From a virus (taxonomy: Duplodnaviria; Caudoviricetes), in IMG/VR virus record IMGVR_UViG_3300034980_000365, positions 1 through 52,307 of that record: a stretch of DNA of 52,307 nucleotides. One strand, 5' to 3'. Below the pieces are notes generated by a model. The model was not told the origin of the DNA. It saw only the letters and a program-made list of their open reading frames with translations, and searched no databases. A program made the translations under genes and the position numbers. Below, in pieces: positions 26,233 to 33,669 of this stretch (within the stretch, counting starts at the first letter, position 1; each line of letters opens with the position of its first letter).

Positions 26233-26420
26233 TTATCAACTCCTAAAAAATTTCTACCTGCTGTAGACCAATTTTCTATTCCCATGCAAATAACCTCGCC
26301 ACCGACCTGAATACCAATTATTCCGTCTTTGGTTACATGTATTGAGGGCGAATAAAAGTCTTCGTTGTCCTGCCTCCAAAGTTCTATATCACTATTGGCT
26401 TTAGGTTCGTCAGAACTCAT
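26229..26420 (-). CDS. Cassette ORF, hypothetical, ends LGVDK
   Basis: Bounded by two repeats. Confidence 0.7.
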   Translation of the reverse strand: MSSDEPKANSDIELWRQDNEDFYSPSIHVTKDGIIGIQVGGEVICMGIENWSTAGRNFLGVDK

Positions 26421-26893
26421 TTATCAACTCCTTCAAAGATATTACCCACCACTTCGTAGTGATACCAGTTTGGATCATGCAGGTTTGTTATCTCATAAGG
26501 TTCCATAATGTCTCCCTCTTTTAGATTAACATCATCTCCTGTGCTTTCAAGATAAAACCCCGGATATTTGTAAGTCCCGCCATCAAATTCTCCAGTGCCA
26601 TATTTTACAACAGCATGTACGATGTAGTCTTCCATGCTATCTTTTGGAAACGAGAGAATATCCCCCTCATAAATCTCAACACCGTTCTTGTCTTTGAGTC
26701 CAGTGTATTGCATTTTCTTAAATTGTCTACGGCAACCGTAAGAATCTTCAATTAAACTTATTTCAAGACTACCATCCCCGTAATGGATAATCTCTGACTG
26801 CTCAAACCATAGTCCCGCCAAGTCTGCTAACTCTTTGGGTGAATACATCTTCTTTTCTTTTTCATCCCATCCCCGAAATTTAATATTTCTCAC
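26417..26893 (-). CDS. YopX-family protein
   Basis: MRNIKFRGWD, MQYTGLKDKNGVEIYEGDI, EVVGNIFE. Confidence 0.9.
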   Translation of the reverse strand: MRNIKFRGWDEKEKKMYSPKELADLAGLWFEQSEIIHYGDGSLEISLIEDSYGCRRQFKKMQYTGLKDKNGVEIYEGDILSFPKDSMEDYIVHAVVKYGTGEFDGGTYKYPGFYLESTGDDVNLKEGDIMEPYEITNLHDPNWYHYEVVGNIFEGVDK

Positions 26894-26928
26894 TTGTTAA
26901 CTCCTAAGAAAAGTCAAGTTTAACAGTT

Positions 26929-27150
26929 TCAATGGTTTCCTTTTTCGTCACCATTGTGAATTGTGGAGTGTCCGTCAATATTCACATACCACATAATTTC
27001 ATCTTCTGTTAGATACATATCAATCGCTAAATGCTGAAACAGATATTTCCGATTTCCCAAATTCACTTCACCAATATACTGGAATCTACCTTTAATGAAT
27101 GGGGTCTTTACAAGATAGAATGTGTTCTCTTTTAGTTCTTCAGAACTCAT
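26929..27150 (-). CDS. Cassette ORF, paralogue of 27912-28154
   Basis: Shared ELKEN...IKGRFQY.G...KYLFQ...D.YLTE. Confidence 0.75.
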   Translation of the reverse strand: MSSEELKENTFYLVKTPFIKGRFQYIGEVNLGNRKYLFQHLAIDMYLTEDEIMWYVNIDGHSTIHNGDEKGNH

Positions 27151-27512
27151 TTATCAACTCCTTCAAAGATATTACCGATTACTTCGTAATCGCTATTGGG
27201 GTTCATGGTTTCTGGATCAAAATTAAATCTAAAGCCACAAGCGTTTCCCCAGTAAAAATCTTGATCAATGTCGTCATCCCAACTCACAATCGCTGTAGAG
27301 AATCCAGACCTGACAATATCACCCTCATAAATCTCAACATCATTCTTGTCTTTAAGTCCGGTGTATTGCTGACGTTGCCAAAAGTATTTTGGAGGAATGG
27401 TGGCATAAAATTCATTTCGCATTACGGAACATAGGACTTCTTTGTCTTTAGTAATATCTTCCCAGTTCCACATGTTTGAACCATCCCATGCCCTAAACTT
27501 AATCTCTCTCAT
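27147..27512 (-). CDS. YopX-family protein
   Basis: MREIKFRAWD, QYTGLKDKNDVEIYEGDI, EVIGNIFE. Confidence 0.9.
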   Translation of the reverse strand: MREIKFRAWDGSNMWNWEDITKDKEVLCSVMRNEFYATIPPKYFWQRQQYTGLKDKNDVEIYEGDIVRSGFSTAIVSWDDDIDQDFYWGNACGFRFNFDPETMNPNSDYEVIGNIFEGVDK

Positions 27513-27901
27513 TTATCAACTCCTTCAAAGATGTTCCCTATAATCTTAGCAGTAGAAAGCGATTTTCGTGTCATCAGCCATTTAACATTGTGTTCGGGCT
27601 GTACAAAATGATAGCCGTTTTCAACCCACTGAATCTCTCCATTCATTTCGGGGTACATCCATCCCTGTTCCCATAGAAGGATATCCCCCTCATAAATCTC
27701 CACCCCGTTCTTATCTTTAAGTCCAGTGTATTGCATTTTCTTAAATTGTCTACGAACACCATAAGAATCTTCAATCAGACTTATTTCCAGGCTTCCGTCT
27801 TCTGCCTGTTCAAACCATAGTCCCGGCAAGTCCGCCAATTCAACGGGAGGATACATCTTTTTCTCTTTTTCGTCCCATCCTCTAAACTTAATCTCTCTCA
27901 T
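27509..27901 (-). CDS. YopX-family protein
   Basis: MREIKFRGWD, MQYTGLKDKNGVEIYEGDI, IIGNIFE. Confidence 0.9.
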   Translation of the reverse strand: MREIKFRGWDEKEKKMYPPVELADLPGLWFEQAEDGSLEISLIEDSYGVRRQFKKMQYTGLKDKNGVEIYEGDILLWEQGWMYPEMNGEIQWVENGYHFVQPEHNVKWLMTRKSLSTAKIIGNIFEGVDK

Positions 27902-27911
27902 TTATCAACTC

Positions 27912-28154
27912 CTAATATCCCATATCTAAATCTTGTGCTTGTTTTGTAAGTTCATCAAGTGCTTTTTCTCGTTTATCAACTCCTACACAAGCTACTAATT
28001 CGTTTTCTGTTAAATATAGATCAGTGGCGAAACATTGAAAAAGATATTTCTTGACGCCCTGAAAATCTACTTGCCCAGTGTATTGGAATCTTCCTTTTAT
28101 GTAATTGGTCTCAATACTATACCAGATGTTTTCTTTTAGTTCGTCAGAATTCAT
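27912..28154 (-). CDS. Cassette ORF, paralogue of 26929-27150, reads through a mutated repeat
   Basis: Internal GVDK followed by CGA instead of TGA. Confidence 0.75.
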   Translation of the reverse strand: MNSDELKENIWYSIETNYIKGRFQYTGQVDFQGVKKYLFQCFATDLYLTENELVACVGVDKREKALDELTKQAQDLDMGY

Positions 28155-28157
28155 TTA

Positions 28158-28817
28158 TCAACTCCTTAACTTTTCACAATATAGAATTTGCGCAATTTTC
28201 ATTTCTTCTTCTGTGTCTATATCAATATACGGACCTTTAGCAAGCCACATGGTTGAGTTAGGTGAATAAGTATAGTGATATTTACTATAGACTGCTGGAG
28301 TAGAAACCCCCATTGGGGTGACGTAGTAACACTTGGGTAAGTCCTGTGACGGCACATGCCAACTTCCCGGCCCAAAATTCATCCCCTGCATATTTTCATC
28401 TACCAAGTAATCAGCAAATTCATATACGGGGACCACTGATTCATACTGCCCTAATTTTTCTTCCGCAAAAGATAAAAAATCTTGGATGTCGTTGTACAAC
28501 CAAAAGAGTGGTGTAATACACTGCCATAAGCAAATAGGCTCATCAGGTCCAAAAGACCTAATTAAACTTTCAGATAAATCAATTACTACCTCACTCCAAT
28601 TATTTGAAGTATTATTGAGAGGTATATGATTTACGCCGTACCTTTTTATTAATTGATCAGTTTGCGTACCATCAACACAAACTAGACTTACGTGATGACC
28701 GTGTTTTAGAAAGTTTTCAACCGTTATGTCCAGTAGAGATTTACCATCAAAGAATTCCCTGACGTTCTTTTTGTGGCATCTGGAGGAATCAAATTTAAAC
28801 GGTATTATTACCTTCAT
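28158..28817 (-). CDS. CMP-nonulosonate synthetase-like (NeuA/KdsB family) cytidylyltransferase
   Basis: IIP...SSRCHKKN..FFDGKSLL, QCITPL, SQDLP, IDIDTEEE. Confidence 0.8.
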   Translation of the reverse strand: MKVIIPFKFDSSRCHKKNVREFFDGKSLLDITVENFLKHGHHVSLVCVDGTQTDQLIKRYGVNHIPLNNTSNNWSEVVIDLSESLIRSFGPDEPICLWQCITPLFWLYNDIQDFLSFAEEKLGQYESVVPVYEFADYLVDENMQGMNFGPGSWHVPSQDLPKCYYVTPMGVSTPAVYSKYHYTYSPNSTMWLAKGPYIDIDTEEEMKIAQILYCEKLRS

Positions 28818-29502
28818 CTAATTCCAGTATATTTATTTTATTTTGTTTGTGAAGTTTATTTAACCAAATTATATCTGTGTTAATCTCATGAGGTAATGCC
28901 ACTAGCTTTTTTTCTTTATTAGTATCCCAATAATGATAAAATTCTTCTTGCATACCATTTGACGGATGCCCAAATCCGGCTATATTGACTCTACCATAAA
29001 ACTTTCTGTAATAATCTACAACTAATGATCCATTTGTGGGAACCGTACTGAAGCCTCTTTTTTTCCATTTTTTCATACCATTAAACGAATCAATAAAATG
29101 AATTATGATACTATCATCAATAAATGGACTAATGTCTCTATAAAAGCGATGAAAGTCATAATTCAAACCAAGGAAAAGTTTAGACTTTGATAATACAACT
29201 GCGCCCTGACCTTCTTCGTTTCTTAATCTTTCAAAACAATCTTTTTTTACAATTGATTTATCTAAAGTTTTACGGTTTTCTATTTTCTTATCACAAATAG
29301 CACATACGCTGCTTCTTATAACCCATCCAGCAATCTGCCAATTTGCTATGAAAGAATGGGTTACTCTTGAACCTACATCTTTTTCAAATCCAGAAATCTG
29401 GGGCTGATTGATTCTTACAATTATATCGTGACTGTCTATCTTTTCCCCAAGACCTTTACCTGTGAGACTGTCAGCACTTCCCACAATACAGATCCTGCTC
29501 AT
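28795..29502 (-). CDS. GT29 sialyltransferase-like protein
   Basis: Sialylmotif L (CIVGS...LGEKIDSHDIIVRIN...FEKDVGSR), S (PTNG...IAGF), III (HYW), VS-like (HEINTD). Confidence 0.82.
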   Translation of the reverse strand: MSRICIVGSADSLTGKGLGEKIDSHDIIVRINQPQISGFEKDVGSRVTHSFIANWQIAGWVIRSSVCAICDKKIENRKTLDKSIVKKDCFERLRNEEGQGAVVLSKSKLFLGLNYDFHRFYRDISPFIDDSIIIHFIDSFNGMKKWKKRGFSTVPTNGSLVVDYYRKFYGRVNIAGFGHPSNGMQEEFYHYWDTNKEKKLVALPHEINTDIIWLNKLHKQNKINILELDEGNNTV

Positions 29503-29505
29503 TTG

Positions 29506-29700
29506 TCAATTCCTACCAAGAAACTTTTTCTTAATAAACCAAAATAGTGTTCTAAAGATATTTCTGTATCTTACTTTACCGTCTTTTTCAACAAGACCAA
29601 AATGATCTAGAGAACAGTCTTCACATAAATATTCTTTGCAGATACGACACCGATAACTATCTTCATATGTTATCTGCTTACCACATTCACATTCTACCAC
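29506..29700 (-). CDS. Small Cys/His zinc-finger protein
   Basis: CECG...CRIC...CEDC...H. Confidence 0.6.
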   Translation of the reverse strand: MVECECGKQITYEDSYRCRICKEYLCEDCSLDHFGLVEKDGKVRYRNIFRTLFWFIKKKFLGRN

Positions 29701-29709
29701 ATAATACCC

Positions 29710-29904
29710 CTAAAATAACCCCGGTTGGTCTCTGGGTGCATACAACGTATTCAACATCAAAATAGACTGTTTAACAGAATCATTATCTGTTACATTTGCA
29801 ACTTCTTCCACCAACTCGGAGAACATTTCTTTAGCATCTTCTGGGCTGATGTAGGAGTTAACAATATCTTTGATAATTCGCGCTTCGCTATTTGTAATTG
29901 GCAT
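29710..29904 (-). CDS. Hypothetical protein
   Basis: Co-oriented short ORF. Confidence 0.5.
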   Translation of the reverse strand: MPITNSEARIIKDIVNSYISPEDAKEMFSELVEEVANVTDNDSVKQSILMLNTLYAPRDQPGLF

Positions 29905-29906
29905 TT

Positions 29907-30116
29907 TTATTTTCCATAATACTTACCAAGAATTTCGATACGATCTTCCGCATCTACGAGAGTATCTAAAGCTTCGTCTAAATTCTTATGGAAATCACCA
30001 GTAGAATGATCTCCGATACCTACGGCATTTTCAGTTAAAAGCTTCAGTGACATTAAAGCCTTGTCTCTATCTGATAAAGCTTTATTTCTTAAATAAGCCA
30101 GTGCTAATTCTTTCAT
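29907..30116 (-). CDS. Hypothetical protein
   Basis: LTENAVGIGDHS motif; ATGA overlap. Confidence 0.6.
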   Translation of the reverse strand: MKELALAYLRNKALSDRDKALMSLKLLTENAVGIGDHSTGDFHKNLDEALDTLVDAEDRIEILGKYYGK

Positions 30117-30307
30117 AAATAAACCTTTGCCTCGTCGAGTGATAATTCATGTAAAGTAGGAATGCTATGCCCGTCGTCAAATTCGCGCATAGCGTCGTCT
30201 GCCATTTCCTTGTTAGTAAAAACTCCTACAATTCCATCAAAGCCAAAACTGTCGTTGATCAAATACACGACCCAAGCAATTTTCTTTTTTTTGAAATTCA
30301 TACTCAA
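30113..30307 (-). CDS. Hypothetical protein, first gene of left arm
   Basis: IVGVFTNKEMA pattern; AAGGA upstream. Confidence 0.55.
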   Translation of the reverse strand: MSMNFKKKKIAWVVYLINDSFGFDGIVGVFTNKEMADDAMREFDDGHSIPTLHELSLDEAKVYL

Positions 30308-30326
30308 TCCTTTTTCAGAATTCGTG

Positions 30327-30355
30327 TTGACAAGAGGGTCAGAGCGTGGTAGCCT
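30327..30355 (+). promoter_or_regulatory. Sigma70-like promoter
   Basis: TTGACA - 17 nt - TAGCCT with TGn extension. Confidence 0.5.
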
Positions 30356-30358
30356 ATC

Positions 30359-30431
30359 ACATTATATCGGAAGATTCAAGGGAATTTTCCAGAAATTCTG
30401 GGATTTTTCCAAAATTCTTCGGATATAATGT
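30359..30431. promoter_or_regulatory. 73-bp dyad with divergent TATAAT boxes
   Basis: Arms 30359-30374 and 30416-30431 match 15/16; inner CCAGAA-A-TTCTGG shares the same centre (30395). Confidence 0.7.
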
Positions 30432-30432
30432 A

Positions 30433-30641
30433 CTGTCGGCTAACTGGTCGGCACGAGAAGAAGTCAGTTTGCTTCTCGCTAAAATACTGGCCTGAGATAT
30501 TGTGCCACCAAAGACGCTGATAGAGGTCAGGGACCAGGCGGAATATTAAGCTAAAGAACCTGAGACGGTAATTGTACCCCTTTTTAGGGTTGGGAGTAGT
30601 CCCGGAAATTATATTGCCAAACTGACAACTACATTTTTTTT
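30433..30641 (+). ncRNA. Candidate structured, pseudoknotted ncRNA of unknown family
   Basis: Nested stems found by eye plus a 9-nt loop-to-3' pairing (30463-30471 with 30618-30626); follows TATAAT and ends in T8. Confidence 0.55.
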
Positions 30642-30776
30642 ATTTAATAGCGCTGGATATGCCTCTGACGCTAAATTTACAGTAAAGTATTGGTTTTGTA
30701 AGTCTTTGATAGATCAACACTTTAATATCTATTGCAAGTCCCGTGAGGGATTTGCTTATAAAGGGAAAATTAGTAT

Positions 30777-31130
30777 ATGTTCCCCGGAAAACCAAAGATA
30801 GTATACAAAACTTGGGGCCGCGAGATTTGGTATGCGAATAATCAGGACAAAGATTATTGCGGCAAAGTGTTAGAGATAAATTCCGGACAGAAACTCTCTA
30901 TGCACTTTCACCTTTTAAAAGATGAAATGTTTTACGTGTTAGAAGGTGATTGCGACGTTGTTACCATAGACACCGTGCAAGCTAAAGAGATATCCTGCCA
31001 CCTATCTCCCGGTGATAGCTACCATATTAAGCAGGGATTACCTTACCGGCTTATTGCTATTACGGACTGCAAAATACTAGAAGCCAGCACATTCCATAGA
31101 GATAGTGATAGCTATAGGGTTTATAGATAA
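30777..31130 (+). CDS. Cupin (sugar-phosphate isomerase-like)
   Basis: KTWGREIW, YCGKVL, SMHFH..KDE.FYVLEG, EAST.H.D.DSYR. Confidence 0.8.
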   Translation: MFPGKPKIVYKTWGREIWYANNQDKDYCGKVLEINSGQKLSMHFHLLKDEMFYVLEGDCDVVTIDTVQAKEISCHLSPGDSYHIKQGLPYRLIAITDCKILEASTFHRDSDSYRVYR

Positions 31131-32029
31131 TGGACTTTTCATTGATAGAGGATAACGAAATATCACTTGCCGGTGATAGTGGGAAAAGTTATACGTTCAC
31201 TTTTCGATCAGATATAAAGAAGTCTGACAAATTGCCAGTACTAATGCCGACAAAGGATCACCTTGCTTTATTAAAGCATAACCTTAAAATTTTGAAAAGT
31301 TCCGGAGTTATAGAAGACATACAATTAATTATTATAGACGATAGGTCAACAGAAGATATATGTGGATTTTGTTCTTCTAATAACCTGGGCTATATAAGAA
31401 TTGATAATGATTACGGTTTTAATTATTCCGTGAGTATGAACATCGGCGCTTGGTTTCTTTATAATCTTGGATTTCACACATGTATGTTTTTAAACAATGA
31501 TTGTTATATACACAATAGAGACTTCTTAAAAGAGTTTTTAAAAAGGCATTATGATACCGAGTCTGATTTGTCTGGGATTAAATTATTGTATCCTGAGTTT
31601 AGACTGGCTTTCCACAAAAAAATTAACAAACTTATGGGTAAAGTTCAATTTGGTGGTGGGGATTTTTTTGATCGCGCAACTTTAATGCAGCCACGGCATT
31701 ACGCAAGAGGGGCATTTTCTTCACATCCCTATGCCAATAGAGATAGTGATGAACTTTTCGTAACAGGTGCTTGTAATATTGTAGACTTAGAAACCTTTAT
31801 AGAGCATGGTGGTTATAATGAGAAAATGCCAGCCTCTTACCAAGATGTATGTTTATCTTTAGAGTACAGACGTAATAATAAAAAAATTTCATACTTTGGA
31901 AAAGATATTTTCTTCTATCATGAAGAGACTTTAAGTAGACGTGGTGAGAGTCAGCTTGAAAGATATTCGCTTTTAAATTATCAAAGAATGGTGAAGGAAC
32001 TAAATAGTGAAGATATCGGCATCGTATAA
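31130..32029 (+). CDS. GT2 glycosyltransferase
   Basis: IIIDDRS, FNYS..MN.G, FLNND, VTGAC, YQDV. Confidence 0.85.
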   Translation: MDFSLIEDNEISLAGDSGKSYTFTFRSDIKKSDKLPVLMPTKDHLALLKHNLKILKSSGVIEDIQLIIIDDRSTEDICGFCSSNNLGYIRIDNDYGFNYSVSMNIGAWFLYNLGFHTCMFLNNDCYIHNRDFLKEFLKRHYDTESDLSGIKLLYPEFRLAFHKKINKLMGKVQFGGGDFFDRATLMQPRHYARGAFSSHPYANRDSDELFVTGACNIVDLETFIEHGGYNEKMPASYQDVCLSLEYRRNNKKISYFGKDIFFYHEETLSRRGESQLERYSLLNYQRMVKELNSEDIGIV

Positions 32030-32780
32030 TGTATTTGACGGAGAGGAACTTTTAGAAAAATCTATTTCTTCTATAAGAGATTCGGTTGACTTTATATCAG
32101 TTGTTTATCAAACTAAATCTAATTTTGGAAACAAATGCTCACCTGACCTAGAAGGTATTTTGTATGACTTGAGAGACAAAGGCGATGTGCAGGAATTAGT
32201 AAAATACATACCTAAACTCAATTTAAAACCACATAGTAATGAGTTGATAAAAAGAAATATAGGTTTAAATTTAGCAAAACAAAATTCATGCACGCACCAT
32301 ATGTCTTTAGATTGTGATGAGTTTTACATACATAAAGAATTTGAAAAAGCAAAACAAATCATATTAGATGAAGACATAGACTGCGCCATATGTGGTATTC
32401 AATCTTACTATAAAGAACCAACAATAATAATAGATCCACCAGACCCAACACTTGTTGCGATGATATATGAAATAAATAGTTATTCAGAATTTAAACTAAA
32501 TCAAGATCTTGGATATGATAAAATCGACCCCACAAGAAGAATAAAAAGTACGAAGGTCAAGAAATTTGAAAGAGAGGAGTTGTTGATGCATCACATGAGC
32601 TATATCAGAAAAGACATAAGATCAAAAGCTGAAAATTCTTCAGCAAGGTGTAATTTTGAAAATGAAATAGATATTTTTGTTGATTACTTTAATAACTATA
32701 AAGAAGGAGACGCGATGATCCTTGGATTACCGTGCTTATATTATAAAACTAAACAATCAAAAAATATATTCGGACTATAA
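32007..32780 (+). CDS. GT-A fold glycosyltransferase-like
   Basis: YNVFDGEELL, ELIKRNIG, SLDCDE (DxD), HHMSY. Confidence 0.75.
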   Translation: MKISASYNVFDGEELLEKSISSIRDSVDFISVVYQTKSNFGNKCSPDLEGILYDLRDKGDVQELVKYIPKLNLKPHSNELIKRNIGLNLAKQNSCTHHMSLDCDEFYIHKEFEKAKQIILDEDIDCAICGIQSYYKEPTIIIDPPDPTLVAMIYEINSYSEFKLNQDLGYDKIDPTRRIKSTKVKKFEREELLMHHMSYIRKDIRSKAENSSARCNFENEIDIFVDYFNNYKEGDAMILGLPCLYYKTKQSKNIFGL

Positions 32781-32781
32781 C

Positions 32782-33669
32782 ATGAAAATACTGTTTATTT
32801 CAGATTTTTCTTTGGATCATTCGCCTGGAGGCGCGCAGAGAAGTAATGACATCATAGTAAAAACCGGGGTTGAATTAAAGCATGATGTTCATAGTATGTA
32901 TCATGATAGCAACTTAAAGATTATCGATCTAATAAAACTTATTGGGGATCATAAATATGATTATATCATTTCTTCAAATTTAGAATTGTTATCAAGACAA
33001 GAAGGACTTATCGATCTACTATATATGATGCCGAATCATATTAGGTTAGAACATGATATGAACCTATATCTAGACGATGAATCAAGGTTTAAACTATTTT
33101 CTAATTGCCATAAGACGTTTTTTCTTACAGAGTATCACCATCAAAAGTTTCGTGACTTCTACGGTGACTACTTTCAAAATGTGGAAATTGTGGCCGATCC
33201 TATTGACATCTCTGTTTTCTATGATTTCGGTAAATACAGAGAGGATGTTACTCTATACACTGGATTTATGCATAATTTTAAAGGCACAAATGTATTTATA
33301 AACCACGTAAAGGAAAACCCAGGTAAAAAGTTTATAGTCGCGGGGTGGGGTCCGGATCATTTGATGAACCAGATAAAAGATTTAGAGAATGTGGAATATC
33401 TTGGGAAGATAGAGTATGAACAAATGCCCGAAGTTTACAACAGGGCGTCCTCTGTCTTTTATAAGCCTAATATGTATGAACCCTTTTGTCGGTCAGTTGG
33501 TGAGGCTATTCTCTGCGGTGTTCCAAATCTAGTTGTGAATGATATTATTGGCTGTGTTCATGAAGAATCTAGATTAGGATTTGATGAATTTAAGAGTGCG
33601 TGTAATAATGCTGCCGATAACTTTTGGGGGATTATAGAAAATGATTTCAATAGTATGCACCTATCATAA
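32782..33669 (+). CDS. GT4 glycosyltransferase
   Basis: GGAQ, KG, EPFCRSVGEA; start at ATG 32782. Confidence 0.82.
   Translation: MKILFISDFSLDHSPGGAQRSNDIIVKTGVELKHDVHSMYHDSNLKIIDLIKLIGDHKYDYIISSNLELLSRQEGLIDLLYMMPNHIRLEHDMNLYLDDESRFKLFSNCHKTFFLTEYHHQKFRDFYGDYFQNVEIVADPIDISVFYDFGKYREDVTLYTGFMHNFKGTNVFINHVKENPGKKFIVAGWGPDHLMNQIKDLENVEYLGKIEYEQMPEVYNRASSVFYKPNMYEPFCRSVGEAILCGVPNLVVNDIIGCVHEESRLGFDEFKSACNNAADNFWGIIENDFNSMHLS

Larger units (their letters stand above)
26041..28166 (-). repeat. Dispersed 16-bp direct repeat AGGAGTTGATAAATGA delimiting gene cassettes
   Basis: Exact copies at 26041, 26229, 26417, 27147, 27509, 27898, 28151; variants at 26890 (AGGAGTTAACAAGTGA) and 27969 (AGGAGTTGATAAACGA). 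Confidence 0.95.

Noticed and set aside
26417-27901. Diversity-generating retroelement TR/VR pair
   Set aside because: No reverse transcriptase in the window; differences between paralogues are not adenine-specific and include indels.
26041-28166. CRISPR array or integron attC array
   Set aside because: Repeat is 16 bp and non-palindromic; spacers are 71-473 bp apart and are intact genes; no cas or intI gene and no attC-like inverted boxes seen.
800-30428. Plus-strand ORFs in the left arm and minus-strand ORFs in the right arm from the ORF track
   Set aside because: Antisense shadows of well-supported genes, with no motifs or RBS.
30489-30600. TPP riboswitch or hammerhead ribozyme (CTGAGA, GAACCTGA, CTGATAGAG)
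   Set aside because: Only isolated words match; spacing and stems do not fit either consensus.
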